Below the pieces are notes generated by a model. That model was not told the DNA's origin and ran no database searches. It saw nothing but the letters and a program-made list of their open reading frames with translations. A program made the translations under genes and the position numbers. A DNA stretch of 64,000 nucleotides from Chara braunii (taxonomy: Eukaryota > Plantae > Charophyceae): contig BFEA01000021.1 of the NCBI GenBank assembly GCA_003427395.1, positions 867,216 to 931,215 of the forward strand, read 5' to 3'. Shown piece after piece: positions 59,820 through 64,000 of the stretch (positions are counted from its first letter, which is position 1; every line of letters begins with the position of its first letter).

Positions 59820-62650
59820 TTCAACAAATAGGTAAAGTGATTCATTGTTTTCTGCGGCGCGGACGACACACTGGAAGATTGCATGCTTGGATGGCGTTAA
59901 ACGTGGGAGGTTGTTGTCGAGGGTGCGTCGTAGGATATGTTGATCATAAGAGATTTCGTCATCGATGATTCGGGGGATGCCTTGGCGGCGCGGTCTTTCG
60001 GAAAGATTTTCAGCTTGGTCTCGATCTTCTGCGGTCGGGGCAGCGAGGGCGACGTCGCAAAGTTCTTTGCCTTCTTTTTGGAGGCGGTCTTCGATGTCAA
60101 GCAAGACCATTGTTTTGATAATTAATGTTGGGACTTGGACATCACGAAGATTTCTACGAAAATCATCTGTCATTTGTTCCCAATGCTTTTCGAAGAACGC
60201 GTTCGGATCACTGATAGCATAATGGAGAATTATGTGGACGAAAAGGTCACGTACCATGAGCGACGACGATGTGAAAATAGCATATTGCAGGACGACATCG
60301 AATTGGGTATTGTCGTTTAGGAGGCCGAAGGCCTTGGATGCGGATTGGTTTGTTGGGTGAATTTCTCCGGCAACAGTTCGAAGATGCTGAAAACTTGTAG
60401 CGTCGCGTGAAAGTGGCGAGAGCAGGAAAATTCGGAGGTAGAATGAGTCACCCCCATTTGGGTGGATTGTGTTCATTGCGTTTTGGCGAGCAGTCCAACG
60501 CTTTGCGGTTTTGTCGAAACGAAAGCGGCGTATCATATCTTTGTAGAGCGGTTTGTCATCTTCAGGATCTTGAAGATGAGCAACACTCCATTTAAACCAT
60601 GCCGTGAGTTCTGTTTTGGGTGGCGGCGCATGCGCAATTTGCAGGGTTTGTCGATGAAGGAAATATACGCGTTGTCGGTTTTCGGTGTGAATAGGCAGAG
60701 GCGTGACAGCGGGGTAGCGATCGCATAAGGCAAAGTCGAAAATGCGCCAACAGGATTCAGCAGCACCAATCGTTCTCATATCTTGGTATGTTTGAATTTC
60801 GTCCTCAATATTCATTGCCTCAGCAACCATTGCTCGATCAGACCCTTTGAAAATGTACTCAAACATGTACCGGCATGCGGCGGTTAAGGCACAAATTTCG
60901 ACATTGAAGTGTGTGCGATATCGGAGGAGGAGGTAGGGGTATTAAGGGACAACCCAGGAATAATCAATTTCAGTGTTACCATGAAGTGCTGTCAGTCCTC
61001 CGACATCAGGCGAACGGAGACGGTAAATTGGGTATCCGGTTTCTTCGTTCCAGGTTGTGCGTTCGGAGAAATCTTTAGGGAAAAAGCGTGTGCAACGGTC
61101 GTTATGCATACACAATGCGTGCATGTTGTGTACACCATACGAATTGTGAATCATGTGAGCAAGGACGAGCTCTCGCAATGTAGGATTGGTGGGAAGCTCC
61201 GTAGAAACAACATAATCTATTTCTTCGGGTGTTTGAAATTAGTGGTCTTGTTTGAGCGTGACAATAATATGCGCGTGCGGCAGACCACGTTTTTTAAATT
61301 CAATGACATATGTATATGACGTTGTTGGGCCGAATATGTGAGTCGAGTGTATGTCGTGGATGAGTTGACGAAGATATCCTTTGAAAACATATGCAAGGAG
61401 GTCAGGGCGGTCCGCTGATTGCTGATTCGCGAAGAGTGCACTTTGTATTTCGGGCCAATGCGGGTTGCATGTGAAAGTGAGGAATAAGTCAGGCGCTCCA
61501 TATTCTTGGACGGTCGCCATGGCATCCTGATATCGGCGGTGCATGTCACGGGGACCTCCAGTAAATGTTCCACGTAGGATAATGCGTTGGCTGACATTCT
61601 CTGTATTGTCATATTGCATAACATGATCTCTAAGGCTTTGGTACAGGTCGGCGCGTATATCTGTTTGGTGAAAGCGATTGTATAAGAGGCGGCCATTTTC
61701 AATTTTTGCGAATGCCATGCAGACGTATTGTTGGAAAAGTCGAGAGGCGCAAAAAGGGTCGTTCTTTCAGTGACACGTGTGTTCAAGTGAAAAACGTAAA
61801 ATTCTCTTGCTGTAGTACATCGAGCGGTGTTCTCATCATCGTAATCGCATTCAGGTGTCCATCCGTCATCACCATTAGGGAAAAGGAGAACGTGATGGAG
61901 AGGATCGAAAGCACGATTTGTTTCAGGGATTGCAATAATACCCCCGTCACGTTTGTGAATTTTGATTTCGCGGTTTATAGGCTGGTCGTGCATGAGGACA
62001 CAAATTTGTTAAAGGCCTTCCGGTTTGTTGTAACGCCGTGCATGCTCGCCTATTGGGCGAGCGTCAGGATTGATGACAATGTGACGATCATGTAACATTT
62101 CGTCAGGCATTTCAGAAATAGTAATGAAGTCTTGCACCCACGGGTTGCATGCGCATAAGAGTGCATGCAGTTTTCGAAGGAGGAATTTTATTCTCCGAAC
62201 TGTTGCAAGAGGTGTGTCGATAGGGAGATCAAGACGATTGAGGCAAAGAAGTGTAGCGCCATGTTCATCTTGTGGGTCGTAGACGTAAATCTGCGCAAAA
62301 GCAGGTTGATTGCTTGGTTGTGGAAAGAGGGGGCCTAAGTTTTGTCGAAGTTCGCCTTCTATTCGGAACATACCTGGCCAGGATCCGAAGGATATTGTGT
62401 TTCTTTGACAGTTTGTGATGTTAGTGCGAGTGCATTGTTAAATTGTCGCGCTCGTGTTCGCAAGAGCCTCCCGTGCGATGTGTCGGATTCCCATAGTTGC
62501 ATGATTTGATATTCTGGGGTTTGCAGTGGAGGGAGCTGCCATATTTCCGGTTCGACTTTGCCTCGGCGACAATATGACATTGTCCATGGATGTTCGTGTG
62601 ACCATTTCTCCGCACGGCAATGAACGCACGGTTTTCTGTCACCGAGCGCT
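59820..62650 (-). mobile_element. Helitron RepHel pseudogene: Rep/HUH domain present, helicase cut off at the hAT boundary
   Basis: FNNALA, FRIEG, FAQIY.YD, LLFP.G..GW, GGPR.M...YQDAM......G.PDLFLTFTCNP.WPEI (motif 1), YVIEF.KRGLPHAHI (motif 2), YIFKGSDRA (motif 3) and FYLR.LL. The frame breaks at YLFV, just before the expected Pif1 Walker A. Confidence 0.93.
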
Positions 62651-62974
62651 GCAACGGCGACAAAAATATGTTGTGTGATGAGAGCGGCGGTGTAAATGCG
62701 CGTTGTATTAAATCGTGGCTGGATGCGGTTAACGTGTGTGTGTCTATAACGTTGCTGTTGTGTCCGATGTTCATGGCGTGCTCGTTGTTCTGCAGCGCGA
62801 GAAGATTCAGCTGAAGGCGATTACAGTTTTCCAAGGGGGAAGGATTCATCAACGCAGACAAAGAACAACATGCACAAAAACCATAGCAATGTGTTTAGCC
62901 GAGGAATAAACAGAAACGCAAATGTGGAAAAAGCATGCAGTATTTCATAACATGCACAAAGACCACAAGAATGT

Positions 62975-63163
62975 GATTGATTGATTGATTAATTGATTGA
63001 TCGATTGAGCGGTTGATTGCATCGATGCGCGAGGAAACAAAAAAATATCAATATGATTGTTTGATTGATCGAGAGAGCAAGGAAGAACCATTTGATGATT
63101 GATTGATTGATTGGTTGATTGATTGATTGATTGATTGATTGACCGATTAATTGATTGATTGGT

Positions 63164-63199
<36 letters not shown>

Positions 63200-63890
63200 C
63201 GACCAATTGATTGATCGACCGCTTGATTGATGAGTCCGGTGCGGCGAAGGCATGTGTAGTAGGCTCACAACATGGATATTCCAAACGGGACATGGATCTG
63301 TTCTCCCTCTGCTCGTATCATCACATCGATGAACTGGTCGACAGAGAGACAGAGAGAGAGAGAGGGAGAGAGAGAGAGAGAGGGGGAGGGGGGGGGAGAG
63401 ATCAATCAATGGATTGGCCACGCGATGGGGAGGAAAAAAAAAAAAAAAAAAAGCCGTGCAGGAAGGGATTGGAACGGGGACTATGCATTAATGGTGGGAA
63501 AAATAATAATAATAAATAACTCTAAGTGTGTGTCTATAGCGTTGCTGTTGTGTTCGATTTCAATTTAAGACGATGAAATTTTTGGAGGGCGGAAGGAAAC
63601 GTGTTTAAGTAAAAACGCAAAAGCGGGGAAAGCATGCAGTGTTTCCAGCATTGGGCAGAAACGACCTCGCATTGCGGGAAAAGGAAAAAGCTGCCCTAGT
63701 TTGTTTGAGCGATTGCTCGATTGATTGATTGATTGATCGATTAAGCGGCTGATAACACCGACGAGCGGAGAAAAAAAAATAAATTCTAATAATATTGATT
63801 GATTGATTGATTGAGCGATTGATCGAACGATTGATTGATTGCTTGATTGATCGATTGATTGGATTGATTGATCGAGCGCTTGATTGATCG
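62975..63890. repeat. (GATT)n microsatellite clusters in a duplicated block upstream of the Helitron
   Basis: GATT arrays at ~62975, 63095-63230 and 63715-63890. Surrounding blocks are duplicated (GTGTGTGTCTATA.CGTTGCTGTTGTGT at ~62733 and ~63526). Confidence 0.9.
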
Positions 63891-63916
63891 GTCAGGTGCA
63901 GCGAAGAAATGTGTAG

Positions 63917-63920
<4 letters not shown>

Positions 63921-64000
<80 letters not shown>
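63921..64000. repeat. (AG)n microsatellite
   Basis: Directly visible. Confidence 0.97.

Overview
Repeat-saturated eukaryotic nuclear DNA with N gaps and no intact host gene that I can support. The plastid and mitochondrial inserts, a trihelix/Myb-SANT relic and the style of the retroelements suggest a streptophyte alga or plant, possibly Chara-like (inference only). Contents: (i) a near full-length 14.1-kb Ty3/Gypsy element (33317-47456) with ~2.7-kb LTRs, a tRNA-iMet PBS, gag and PR-RT-RH, a separate PHD-finger-integrase ORF, and three extra downstream ORFs; (ii) a second Gypsy pol, a hAT transposase and a Helitron RepHel relic, apparently nested; (iii) an interrupted LINE containing a chimeric plastid rpoB / mitochondrial atp1 insert; (iv) MITEs, a foldback, tandem repeats and microsatellites; (v) two Nextera mate-pair junction adapters left in the assembly. 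The most unusual features belong to the Gypsy element. It has no polypurine tract. A perfect palindrome resembling an LTR-LTR circle junction (CGTCACA-TA-TGTGACG) sits at the start of the 3' LTR, and the right terminus carries a tail copied from it that the 5' LTR lacks. Its integrase is a separate cistron with an N-terminal PHD finger. A ~200-280 nt structured non-coding motif with compensatory changes also occurs three times in the window.
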